Positions 12,701 through 25,127 of a stretch of DNA of 64,000 nucleotides are shown in pieces (the first letter of the stretch is position 1; every line of letters starts with the position of its first letter). The DNA is taken from positions 1,860,001-1,924,000 of the forward strand of contig NC_043024.1 in assembly GCF_006345805.1 (NCBI RefSeq), in the 5' to 3' direction. The translations under genes were made by a program, and so were the position numbers. This DNA comes from Octopus sinensis. Lineage: Eukaryota. A model generated the notes under the pieces. The model was not told where the DNA came from. It saw only the letters and a list, made by a program, of their open reading frames with translations, and did not search any database.

Positions 12701-15700
12701 AGGGTTTTAGTTGAACAAATTGACCCCAGGACTTATTCTTTGTAAGTTTAGTACTTATCCTTATCCTAGTACTTATAGGCACAGGAGTGTCTGTGTGGTA
12801 AGTAGCTTGCTAACCAACCACATGGTTCCGGGTTCAGTCCCACTGAGCGGCATCTTGGGTAAGTGTCTTCTGCTATAGCACTGGGCCGACCAATGCCTTG
12901 TGAGTGGATTTGGTAGACGGAAACTGAAAGAAGCCTGTCATATATATGTATATGTATATATGTGTGTATATGTTTGTCCCCCCAACATCGCTTGACAACT
13001 GATGCTGGTGTGTTTACACCACCGTAGCTTAGCAGTTCGGCAAAAAATACCGATAGAATAAGTACTAGGCTTACAAAGAATAAGTCCTGTGGTCGATTTG
13101 CTCGACTAAAGGCGGTGCTCCAGCATGGCCGCAGTTAAATGACTGAAACAAGTAAAAGAGTAAAAAGAAAGAGTATCCTATTGGTCTCATATGCTCAACC
13201 ATTAAGTTACAAGGACATAAACACATCAACACACACACATATATAAAGTAGAAGGAATAGCTAAGATTTTTTGACTGCTATTTCTAAACTTCGGTATGTG
13301 GTGAAGCAAATTGTTGCTGAACCCTAATTATAAAGTATGTATATATGTACGTATATACGATAGGCTTCTTTCAGTTTCCGTCTACCAAATCCATTCACAA
13401 GGCTTTGGTCGACCTGAGGCCATAGTAGAAGACACTTGCCCAAGGTGCCACGCAGTGGGACTGAACCCAGAACCATGTGGTTCTTACCACTCAGCCACTC
13501 CTGCACCTATTTTCAAAATAAAATTTCAAATAAAATATTGAAAATACTGAAAATAAAAACAAAAGTTATTTCCATAATCAATATTAAAAAAAAACTATAA
13601 AAAAAAGCAATTAAAAATTTGTCTGAACATGAAATGTTTTCTCCAAAAAAATTCCCCAGGTAAGGGGTTAAAACATTAATTAAGTGTTGCGTTTTAACCT
13701 ACCTGACTCAGCATCAACTGACACTGCACAAATTTGTGCATAAATTCTGCAGAATCTGAGAATTTGGTGCCAAGTTTAGAGACATGATCCAGATCTCTGA
13801 AAAAGAGAATGGTAGATGTATAGGTTATAGCATGGAGTGGTAGTGGTGGTGTGGAACATAGTGGCAGTAGGGTGTGTGCCGTACTACACCACATGCATGG
13901 TGGTGTAGTATGGCATTCAGCGATGTGTGGTGAATGGTGGCGTGATGTGTAGTGGCGGTAGTGTGTGGTGGTGAAACAGCGGTGGTGGTGATGGTGTGAG
14001 GCGTAGCGTGGAATGGTAATGGTGAGTTGTTGTTGTTGTGAAGCAACAAGGTGGGTAAGGGTGATTAGGTGATGGTCTAGGGCTTAAGGGCGGGAGACCC
14101 CAGACCTTGGGAAAAAAAAATTTTGGTCATCTTGTTGTAGTCGGGGGCTCTTTGTTGACACCCGACACCACTGGGAGGTGGCCCCTCGAAGTCGCTGGAA
14201 ATGGAGATCTCCAGGTCCAAATTCTTGGACGGCAATGGTGAGTTGTGGTGTTTTAGGTATGTGTGTGTAGTAGTAGTAGTAGTGGTGGTTATTGTGGTGG
14301 TGGTAGTAGTGGAAGTGGTGTAGTGGAGTGGTAGTAGATGTGGTAGTGGTGTTTATGTAGTGGAGGTGTTTTCAGGTGGTGTCATTTTGCGGTGGTGTAG
14401 AGTCTGTCAATGTGATATGTAGTGGTGCTGGTGGTGAACTGCAGTGTTTAGGCGAGTGCACCGTAGTGGTGGTGGTGGTGTATGTAAAGGTGATGCTTCG
14501 TTGCCTTGTTGCTAGGCAACACAGGTTTGTTCGCTCGTTAACTTACTTCAAGGTCATCTTCAACAGATTCTGTGCCACGCTGTCCTCCAATCGACTGAGG
14601 GTCTCCAAACGAGCCGAGGTCTGATTAAAGAACGTCGTCATATCTTCGGTTGCATCTGACGATACTTCCGATTCCACGACAAACTGACTGCTGGGATGCT
14701 GCAAAGGAACAAGAGACCGATAGGATAAGTACTGAGCTTACAAAGAATAAGTCCTGCGGTCGATTTGCTCGACTAAAGGCGGTGCTCCAGCATGGCCGCA
14801 GTCAAATGCCTGAAACAAGTAAAAGAGTAAAAAGAGAGGGTATCCTATTGGACTCATATGCTTAACCATTAAGTTACAAGGACATAAACACACCAACACA
14901 CATATATATATATGTATATACGACAGGCTTCTTTCAGTTTCCGTCTACCAAATCCACTCACAAGGCTTTGGTCGACCTGAGGCTATAGTAGAAAACACTT
15001 GCCTAGGTGCTTGTCCCTCGCCTCCATGAGACCCAACATTCAAAGATCCTGTTACCGGCCACAGCCACAATTATAATTTTACAAGTGCCGTTCACATGAC
15101 ACTGCCAACAGCCATGACTAGGATTCCACTTAACCTCACAAGTCTTCTCAAGCACGGCTTCTCACCAAACGTCTCGGACACCTGTCATCGACTCTGTGAG
15201 ACCCATCATTCGAAGATCATGCTTCACCACCTCATCCCATAACTATAATGACGCCAGACGTATTCACTGAACATTGGCAAAAGGGTGGGAATACAAGACA
15301 CAGCGTTGAAGACCAACACCAAAATACTTAAACATTTTTTCACGCTGAGAGTTGCTGAAGCATGGAACAAACTGCCAGCATCAGTTGTTAGTTGTCGGAG
15401 CACTGCATCCTTCAAAACTTCCATGCTTCCTGAGATTCGCCAACACTACACCTGATCTTCTCCCCTCCATACACACGCAAGCATGGAACAAACTGCCAGC
15501 ATCAGTTGTTAGTTGTCGGAGCACTGCATCCTTCAAAACTTCCATGCTTCCTGAGATTCGCCAACACTACACCTGATCTTCTCCCCTCCATACACACGCA
15601 AGCATGGAACAAACTGCCAGCATCAGTTGTTAGTTGTCAGAGCACTGCATCCTTCAAAACTTCCATGCTTCCTGAGATTCGCCAACACTACACCTGATTT

Positions 15701-18700
15701 TCTCCCCTCCATACACACGCAAGCATGGAACAAACTGCCAGCATCAGTTGTTAGTTGTCGGAGCACTGCATCCTTCAAAACTTCCATGCTTCCTGAGATT
15801 CGCCAACACTACACCTGATTTTCTCCCCTCCATACACACGCAAGCATGGAACAAACTGCCAGCATCAGTTGTTAGTTGTCGGAGCACTGCATCCTTCAAA
15901 ACTTCCATGCTTCCTGAGATTCGCCACACTACACCTGATCTTCTCCCCTCCATACACACGCAAGCATGGAACAAACTGCCAGCATCAGTTGTTAGTTGTC
16001 GGAGCACTGCATCCTTCAAAACTTCCATGCTTTCTGAGATTCGCCAACACTCCACCTGATTTCCTCCCCTCCATACAAATGCAAGCATGTATCTGACTCA
16101 TACACTGTTCACTTCCCAGACATTTGTACATTACTGTATATACTTTATACACACTTTTGACAAGCTGTGGTGCACCTGAGCACTGTATACAATAATTTCA
16201 TTATTATTATTATTAAAATAATTAAATTTTCTTTTGGAAACATTTTTTTCACTCTAAGAGTTGCTGAAGCATGGAACAAACTGCCAGCATCAGTTGTTAG
16301 TTGTCGGAGCACTGCATCCTTCAAAACTTCCATGCTTCCTGAGATTCACCAACACTCCACCTGATTTTCTCCCCTTCATACACACACAAGCATGTGTCTG
16401 ACTCATACACTGTTCACTTCCCAGACATTTGTACATTACTGCATATGCTTTATATGCACTTTTGACAAGTTGTGGTGCACCTGAGCACTGTATACAATAA
16501 TTTCATTATATATATGTCATCCTGGGTCTACCTCTTCCACAAGTTCCCTCCAGAGTTAAGAGATTGGCACTTCTTTACACAGCTGTTCTCATTGGAAAAA
16601 ATGTTGGAATCAATTATCAATGGCATTTCTTCCAGCCATTAAACCATTCTTCTATCATTTTCAATGGGGTTTTTTTCCCTAAATTTTTAACTTCAGTAAT
16701 GAACCCTTTAGCATTTAAACCAGCCATATCCGGCCAAAATATTCCACACGTTTTATGTTCAAACTGGACAGATCTAGCCCCTCACACCAACCCGACAATG
16801 TCATTCTAAAAATTAACAGTTGCCTCATCAAAAATCTCAAATCTACAAAATAAAACAGATTAATTAAAAACAATGAGGATAAATAAGGATTACCTATTTC
16901 TTTACTACCCACAAGGGGTTAAACACAGAGGGGACAAACAAGGACAGACAAACGGATTAAGTCGATTACATCGACCCCAGTGCGTAACTGATACTTAATT
17001 TATCGACCCTGAAAGGATGAAAGGCAAAGTCGACCTCGGCGGAATTTGAACTCACAACGTAACGCAGACGAAATACCGCTAAGCATTTCGCCTGGCGTGC
17101 TAACGTTTCTGCCATCTCGTCGCCTTGATAAATAACGATTACCTTTGACAGAATAATGCGAGTGTTAAAGGGTTAATTAAGGTTGGTAAATGAGTTTACT
17201 CACTGATAATGGGGCCACGAGATCTGGGATGCTCTTTCGTAGATAACTATAATGACGCCAGACGTATTCACTGAACATTGGCAAAAGGGTCGGAATACGA
17301 GCCGCAGCGTTGAAGACCAGCACCAAAATACTCAAATCTTTCAGAATAGGAATTAAGGAATTTACATGTGATACAGGCTGGAAGACAAACAGACACAAGC
17401 GTATCACACACACACACACCATCGTTTAACGTCCGCTTTTCAAGCTAGCATGGGTTGGACGATTTTGACTGAGGGCTGGCAAACCAGATGGCTGCACCAG
17501 GCTCCAATCTTGATCTGGCAGAGTTTCTACAGCTGGATGCCCTTCCTAATGCCAACCACTCCGAGAGTGTAGAACCAGATGGCTGCACCAGGTTCCAATC
17601 TTGATCTGGCAGAGTTTCTACAGCTGGATGCCCTTCCTAATGCCAACCACTCCGAGAGTGTAGTGGGTGTTTTTTACGTGCCACTGGCACGGGGGCCAGT
17701 CAGCCGGTGCTAGCAATGACCTCGCTCGAATCTTACAAGGTGTCAGGGTGAAAATTGGGTAGTGGTGGTGGTGGTGATGAAGAAGAGGAAGGGTGGCTGG
17801 GTAGAGTGTATCAAGAGTGTAAGGGATGGTTAGAGATGATCTTAACAAGTGGGAAAGGGAGAAGATTCGACTGTTGCTGTTGTTTGACCCCCAAGTCAGC
17901 CCTAATTAAGTAAACCTGTGACAAAAGGTGTTCCATCCATGCCCTTCCTTTATATCTAAGACATGTCATCGAACTTGTCCTTTTTGTTTAACCCTTTAGT
18001 GTTTAAACTGGCCATATCCGGCCCAAATATTCTACATGTTTTATATTCAAACTGGCCAGGTCTGACCTCTCACACCTAACCTACAATGTCATTCTAAAAA
18101 TAAACAATCACATCATTGAAACCTCAAAGCTATGAGATAATGCATGACTAATTAAAAACAATTTCAGTGAAAAAGTATTACATTTAACGAGCAATCTGAA
18201 CACTAAAGGGTTAAAAATAGTAGGGTGTGCTTTCCAAGTCAACTGGGCTGTTATTTCTAGCATGTTGAGTGACAACGTAAAGCCAACACAGGTGACAAAC
18301 GAAGGATACAAGCTGGATCTTCAATATCTGGCTCAGGTGTGCTGAAATAAGGTTGAATGCACAAAAGGTCAGGTGCAAGAGACAGGGTCAAGTTTGGTAC
18401 GTTCTCGCCAAGCTTCTTCATACACCTGTTACAATAACAAAAACCATAAATTGATTACAGGTGTGACATAGTTACATAGGGCTAAGAGTTAAATTAATTA
18501 CATATAGGTGTGACATATATATATTAATTACATACAGGTGGTGCCCCAGCATGGCCGCGGCCCTTGGGCTAAAACATTTTAAGGATTTAAGGATTTTTAA
18601 GGTGTGACATATATATATATATATTCTTTTCTACTCTAGGTACAAGGCCCAAAATTTTGGGGGAGAGGAGCCAGTCTTGGGGAAATTTCGAACCTGGGTT

Positions 18701-21700
18701 CTCATTCATGAGGCATTTTTCAATGTTATTATTATCATTGTTATTATTAGTATTATTATTATTATTATTATTGTTGTTGTTGTTGTTGTTGTTGTTGTTC
18801 AGGTCACTGCTTGGAATCGAACCTGGAATCTTGGGGTTAGCAGCCCGCAACTCTTAACCACTACACTATATTCCCGTGGGCATATAATAATGGTTTCAAA
18901 TTTTGGCACAAGGCCAGTAATTGGTTTTTTGTGTGGGGTCGGGTAAGTTGATTACATCGACCCTGGTGTTCAACAGGTCCTTCCTGATAAGACAAATGGC
19001 AAGGCCAGCTTCGGCAGAATATAAAGATGGACAAGTGGCTGTGTGTTAAGTAGATTGTTTACCAACCACATGGTTCCGGGTTCAGTCCCACTGCATGGCA
19101 CCTTGGGCAAGTGTCCACTACTATAGCCTCGGGCCGACCAAAGCCTTGTGAGTGGATTTGGTAGACGGAAACTGAAAGAAGCCCGTCGTATATATATATG
19201 TATATATATGTATGTGCGTGTGTGTTTGTGTGTCTGTGTTTGTCCCCCTAGCATTGCTTGACAACCGATGCTGGTGTGTTTATGTCCCCGTTACTTAGCG
19301 GTTCAGCAAAAGAGACCGATAGAATAAGTACTGGGCTTACAAAAGAATAAGTCCCGGGGTCGAGTTGCTTGATTAAAGGCGGTGCTCCAGCATGGCCGCA
19401 GTGAAATGACTGAAACAAGTAAAAGAGAAAAGAGAAAAGAGTAAGCATTTTGCCTGGCGCTGTTAAGATTCTGCCAGCTTGCTGTCTTCATAAATGATGA
19501 AGGAAGAGTTCCTTCTCAGACTTACTTCCAAATTGAAACCTTGTCCTGAGGATAACGCTTCAGGTTCTCCAGCAGCTCCATGACGCAGTTGTTGAGGCAG
19601 GAACTGGTTGCCAACTTCATGTGACCCAACATTTCGCGGAGGGACTCACGGATTGTCCCTGAGAAATCCTGCACGGAAGAAGAACAGAGAGTGAAAGAGA
19701 GAGAGATATAAACAGAGAGAGAGAGAGTGAGAGAGATGGTGAGGGAGGGAGACAGGCAGGCAGAGAGAGGGAGGGAGAGAAATGTAAATTGAGAAAGAAA
19801 GAGAGAGAGAGAGAGAAATATAAATTGAGAGAAAGGGAGAGAGAAAGAGAGAGAGAAATATAAATTGAGAGAAAGGGAGAGAGAAAGAGAGAGAGAAAGA
19901 GAGGTAGAGATATAAATTGAGAAAGACAGAGAGAGAGAAACAAAGAAATAGAGAAAAATGAATTGAGAGAGGGAGAGAGAGAAATATAAATTGAGAGAGA
20001 GAGAGAGAACATCATAAGAATTGAGTGACCCCACCACCCCAGAGAGCAATCACAAAAATAATAAAAAGCTTGAGAGTCTTGAATATTGGGACTGCCTTAA
20101 AACATTATCGTTTAATGTTCATTTTCCATTCTGGCATGGTTGGACAGTTTGACAGGAGCCAGCCAGGTAGGAGACTACATATCAGGCTTCTGGATCTATT
20201 TCGGCATGGTTTTTACAGCTGGCTGCCCTTCCCTAACACCAACCACCCTGCAGAGTGGACCGAGTGCTTTCTACATGGCACCAGCACAGGCGTGGTCAGT
20301 GTTGGCATGGTTTTTACAGCTAGCTGCCCTTCCCTAACACCAACCACCCTGCAGAGTGGACCAAGTGCTTTCTACATGGCACCAGCACAGGCGTGGTCAG
20401 TGTTGGCATGGTTTTTACAGCTGGATGCCCTTCCAAATGCCAACCACTTCACAGTGTGGACTGAATGCTTCCTTTTTTTAAGTGTCACCAGTACCGGCAG
20501 GGTAACTTGCAAGACAATGATAATTCCACTTATTTCTTTATTGCCCACAAGGGGCTAAACATAGAAGGGGACAAACAAGGACAGACAAAGGGATTTAAGT
20601 CGATTACATCAACCCCAGTGTATAACTGGTACTTAATTTATCGACCCCGAAAGGATGAAAGGCAAAGTCGACCTCAACGGAATTTGAACTCAGAACGTAA
20701 AGACAGACGAAATACCTATTTCTTTACTACCCACAAGGGGCTAAACACAGACGGGACAAACAAGGACAGACAAACGGATTAAGTCGATTACATCGATCCC
20801 CAGTGTATAACTGGTACTTAATTTATCAACCCTGAAAGGATGAAAGGCAAAGTCGACCTCGGTGGAATTTGAACTCAGAACGTAACGACAGACAAAATAA
20901 CGCTAAGTATTTCGCCCGGCGTGCTAACATTTCTGCCAGCTCCCTCTGCCTTAAATGGTAATTCCACTTACCTGCAAAACTCCGAGGATGATGTCCAGCT
21001 GGTCCTCCCTCAGTTCCAAGTGTGCGCTGACCTTGCGGATGCTGTTGATGGCGTTTAGACGCACGCTCTCGATCTCATCGTTGAACATGTCGATGATGCA
21101 GTCCTGGGAGAGACGGGCGAAGGATGGAGAGTTCACAGACAACTCACACAGAGAGTCCAGTGCAGCATTGCGGACCTCTGTCAATGTGGTGGTCATGGAA
21201 GTGGCGGCGGCAGTGGTGGTGGTGGTGGAGGGTAGCAGTGGCAGAGCACAAGGGAAGAAACAGAATGTAAATGAATTAGAATACTAGTGGCTGAGAGGGA
21301 GGGGAATGTGAAGAGAGGGGTGAGAGGAGAGGGAGAGGGAATTAGGTTACAGGGGATGGAGAGAGGTAGAGAGGGAGAGAGAAGAGCAAGAGAGGAGGAG
21401 GAAAGAAAGAGAAGAGCAGGAGAGGAGGGGGAAAGAAAGAGAGAGAGAGAATTAGGTTACAGGGGATGGGGAGAGGTAGAGAGAAAGAGGGAGTAGTAGA
21501 GGAAAAGAAAGAGATGGGGATGGAAGAGAAAGGGAGGGGTGGCATGAGGTGGATATTATCATTTTGTGATGTTTACGATGATGATAGTGATGGTTGTGGT
21601 GATAAAGGCAGCTGTAGCAGTGGGGGGGGGGTAGTGGTGGTGGTGCTAATAGTGATGATGTTGGTGATGATGATTGTGATGGCGCTAGTGGTGATGGCAG

Positions 21701-23240
21701 TTGCATGTGATCATGGTATTTAGGGGGAGATTGTCATGGTGGGAACAGTAATGATGATGGCGATGGTGGTTGTGACGATGTTTATGATGATGATGATGAC
21801 AATAGTGATAGTTGCGAGTATGATGATGGTGATGTTGGCGACGATGATGACAATGATGATGAGGAGGAGGATGAGGAGGATGGTGGTGGTTGTGATGTTG
21901 TTGATGATGATGATGACAATAGTAGTCGTATGATGATGGTAGTGATGATGACGATGATGATTGTGTTAGTAATGACAATGATGACGATGATGATGTTGAT
22001 GATGATGATGCAGAGCCTCACTTACCAAGGTACTCGTCCTCCAGCCCATGGACGAAGGCTCCACAGGCACCGCTGTTCATCAGACTGATGTTGTCCGGGT
22101 CCAGTGCCTCTTTCGGGGCATCGTCAGCCCAAATTTTCCCCGTTGACCACTCACCAGACATGTAGTTCTCTCGGGCCCGTTCATGAGCCGTACGCTTGCG
22201 CTGCAAACACAATTTCAGAGGTGTGAGCCATGGATGGCAACATTAACGACATAAGATATTCTTCTGTTTTACCCGTTTCCATTGACACCCTGCAGTGATG
22301 CTGTGTCATGGCCATGAAGCGTTTAATTAAATATATCAACTCTAGTACATATTTTTACATCCCTGGTATTCATTTTATTGATCTCTACCTATTTCTTTAC
22401 TACCCACAAGGGGCTAAACACAGAGAGGACAAACAAGGACAGACAAACGGATTAAGTCAATTATATCGACCCCAGTGCGTAACTGGTACTTATTTAATCG
22501 ACCCCCGAAAGGATAGCGGCAGACGAAATACCTATTTCTTTACTACCCACAAGGGGCTAAACACAGAGAGGACAAACAAGGACAGACAAAGGGATTAATT
22601 TGATTATATCGACCGCAGTGCGTAACTGGTACTTATTTAATCGACCCCGAAAGGATGAAAGGCAAAGTCGACCTCGGCGGAATTTGAACTCAGAACGTAA
22701 CGGCAGACGAAATACGGCTACGCATTTCGCCTGGTGTGCTAACGTTTCTGCCAGCTCACCACCCTTATTGATCTCTACCTGCCAGACTGTTAAGTCACTG
22801 GACATAAAGAGCATCAGCTTTTTTTCCAAGTGTTGTCATGTAAAGACACGAATTCACCCCCCTCCCATCATCCTCTTCACATCCACATTTCCATACTTGT
22901 ATGAGTCAGACAGAACCCATTGAGGCGGATTTTCTACAGCTGGATGCCCTTCCTGTAGTCAAACCGCACTTGTTTCCAAATAAGGTAATATTACCCCATA
23001 ACCAGACACAGTCCTTTTTTTCTCTCGTGAGTGCCTGTGCGGTGACACATAAAAGCATGCAGCTCACTCTGTAAAGGGGTTGGAGGGCATCCAGCAGGAG
23101 TGGCTGTGTGGTAGGTAAGTAGCTTGTTTACCAACCACATGGTTCCGGGTTCAGTCTCACTGCGTGGCACCTTGGGCAAGTGTCTTCTACTATGGCCCCG
23201 TGTGTGGATTTGGTAGACGGAAACAGAAAGAAGCCCGTCG

Positions 23241-23275
<35 letters not shown>

Positions 23276-23443
23276 ATAGGCATAGGAGTGGCTGTGTGGT
23301 AAGTAGCTTGCTTACCAACCACCTGGTTCCAGGTTCATTCCCACTGCATGGCACCTTGGGCAAGTGTCTTCTACTATCGCCTCGGGCCGACCAATGCCTT
23401 GTGAGTGGATTTGGTAGACGGAAACTGAAAGAAGCCTGTAGTA

Positions 23444-23490
<47 letters not shown>

Positions 23491-25085
23491 CTGTGTTTGT
23501 CCCCCAAGCATTGCTTGACAACCGATGCTGGTGTGTTTACGTCCCCGTTACTTAGCGGTTCGGCAAAAGTGACCGATAGAATAAGTACTAGGCTTACAAA
23601 GAATAAGTCCTGGGGATCGATTTGCTTGACTAAAGGCGGTGCTCCAGCATGGCCGTAGTCAAATGACTGAAACAATTAAAAAGAAAAAAGAAAAAGAAGA
23701 AGGACAGAGTGGGACCCGGTGCAGCACCCAGCCTTGGCAGCTCTGGCCAGACTGACCGAAATTGCACCAGCATGGGCAACAGATGTTTGCAATTGTCATA
23801 CATGTGGGGTTCTTCGTTTCCAATCTTCTGTGAAAACCTATCTGACCATAGGAAAACCTTCTCTTGCTTGAAAGCAAGTAAGGAGTGTTGGTGACAGGAA
23901 GGGCACCCAGTTGTAGAAAACCTGCCCCAACAAATTTCGTCTGGCCCATGTGAGCATTGGGAAATGGATGTTGAAACAGTGATGATGATGGCCAGAATCA
24001 TTATGGGGGTTGCCAAAAAAAGGATGAGTGGAAAGGGGTGGGTTAGATAAATGACCCTTATCTAGGAGTGTAAAAAAGGGGTCATTTGTAAGTGATGGAT
24101 TGGTTGGACTCACCCTCATGTTTGACATCAGTTTCTTGTCTAAGGTCTGTTCCAAGAATTTGGGACTAACCAGATGAAGTGAACCCTGGAAAATAAATGC
24201 AAGAATGGAAATGAACAGAAATGGAAATAAAAGAAAGAAAATAAGGAAAGAATGTGACAAACAAGGCTGACCAAAGATACTTTTCATCTGGTAGATGGAA
24301 ACTGAAAGAAGCCCATCATATATATGTTTCTTTATTACCCACAAGGGGCTAAACACAGAGAGGACAAACAAGGACAGACAAACGGATTAAGTCGATTACA
24401 TCGACCCCAGTGCGTAACTGGTACTTAATTTATCGACCCCGAAAGGATGAAAGGCAAAGTCGACCTCGGCGGAATTTGAACTCAGAACGTAACGGCAGAC
24501 GAAATATGGCTACACATTTTGCCTGGCGTGCTAACAGTTCTGCCAGCTTGCCGCCTTACGATATATGGTACCACAGCAAGAATGCTTACCAAAAGACTTG
24601 CTGCTTCCTTGCGAACTTTCATGGAGAAATCGTTGATACTGTTACAGATCTTGACAAAGCCATCATCGACTAAACGAATCTCTTCACAGGTGTCAGTCAC
24701 AGGAACCGTACTGGGAAAGAAGAAGAATGGATATTATATAAGACATGCTGTAAATAGAAAATGATATAGATTTATTTATATAAATCTTTAGGTAAATATA
24801 TTCAATAAGAATATTATATATTGAATTTATATTGTATCAAAATATTAATACTATTAAAGTATTTATATATTTAATACGAGCAATATATACATATACTTTT
24901 TAATAATATATTATTATTATTAATATAAGGAAATTAATATCCTAACTCATCATAAAGACATACCCGTGTGAAAGAACTTATTGTATTAAAAATACATATA
25001 AATAAATAAATAAATATAAAAATATAAATATAATGTATAAAATAAATTTGATAGTTTAAAAGTTTTGAATTAATTATTTAAAGCA

Positions 25086-25127
<42 letters not shown>

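Larger units (their letters stand above)
15010..16590 (-). mobile_element. RTE LINE 3' fragment split by a ~1.27 kb nested insertion
   Basis: Joining 16516 to 15240 restores [23 protein letters not shown]. Confidence 0.8.

Noticed and set aside
14090-14235. GC-rich island inside a GGT microsatellite, open on minus ([12 protein letters not shown]...)
   Set aside because: No convincing splice sites or homology; INTS4 exons 13 and 14 already join in phase
15352-16096. Repeated ORFs that might suggest a CRISPR-like or repeat-protein array
   Set aside because: Units are contiguous with no unique spacers and derive from a CR1-like LINE tail; eukaryotic context, no cas genes
21287-22021. Poly-M/V/H/S and E/R/G-rich ORFs
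   Set aside because: Low-complexity GA and GAT/GGT tracts in INTS4 intron 8
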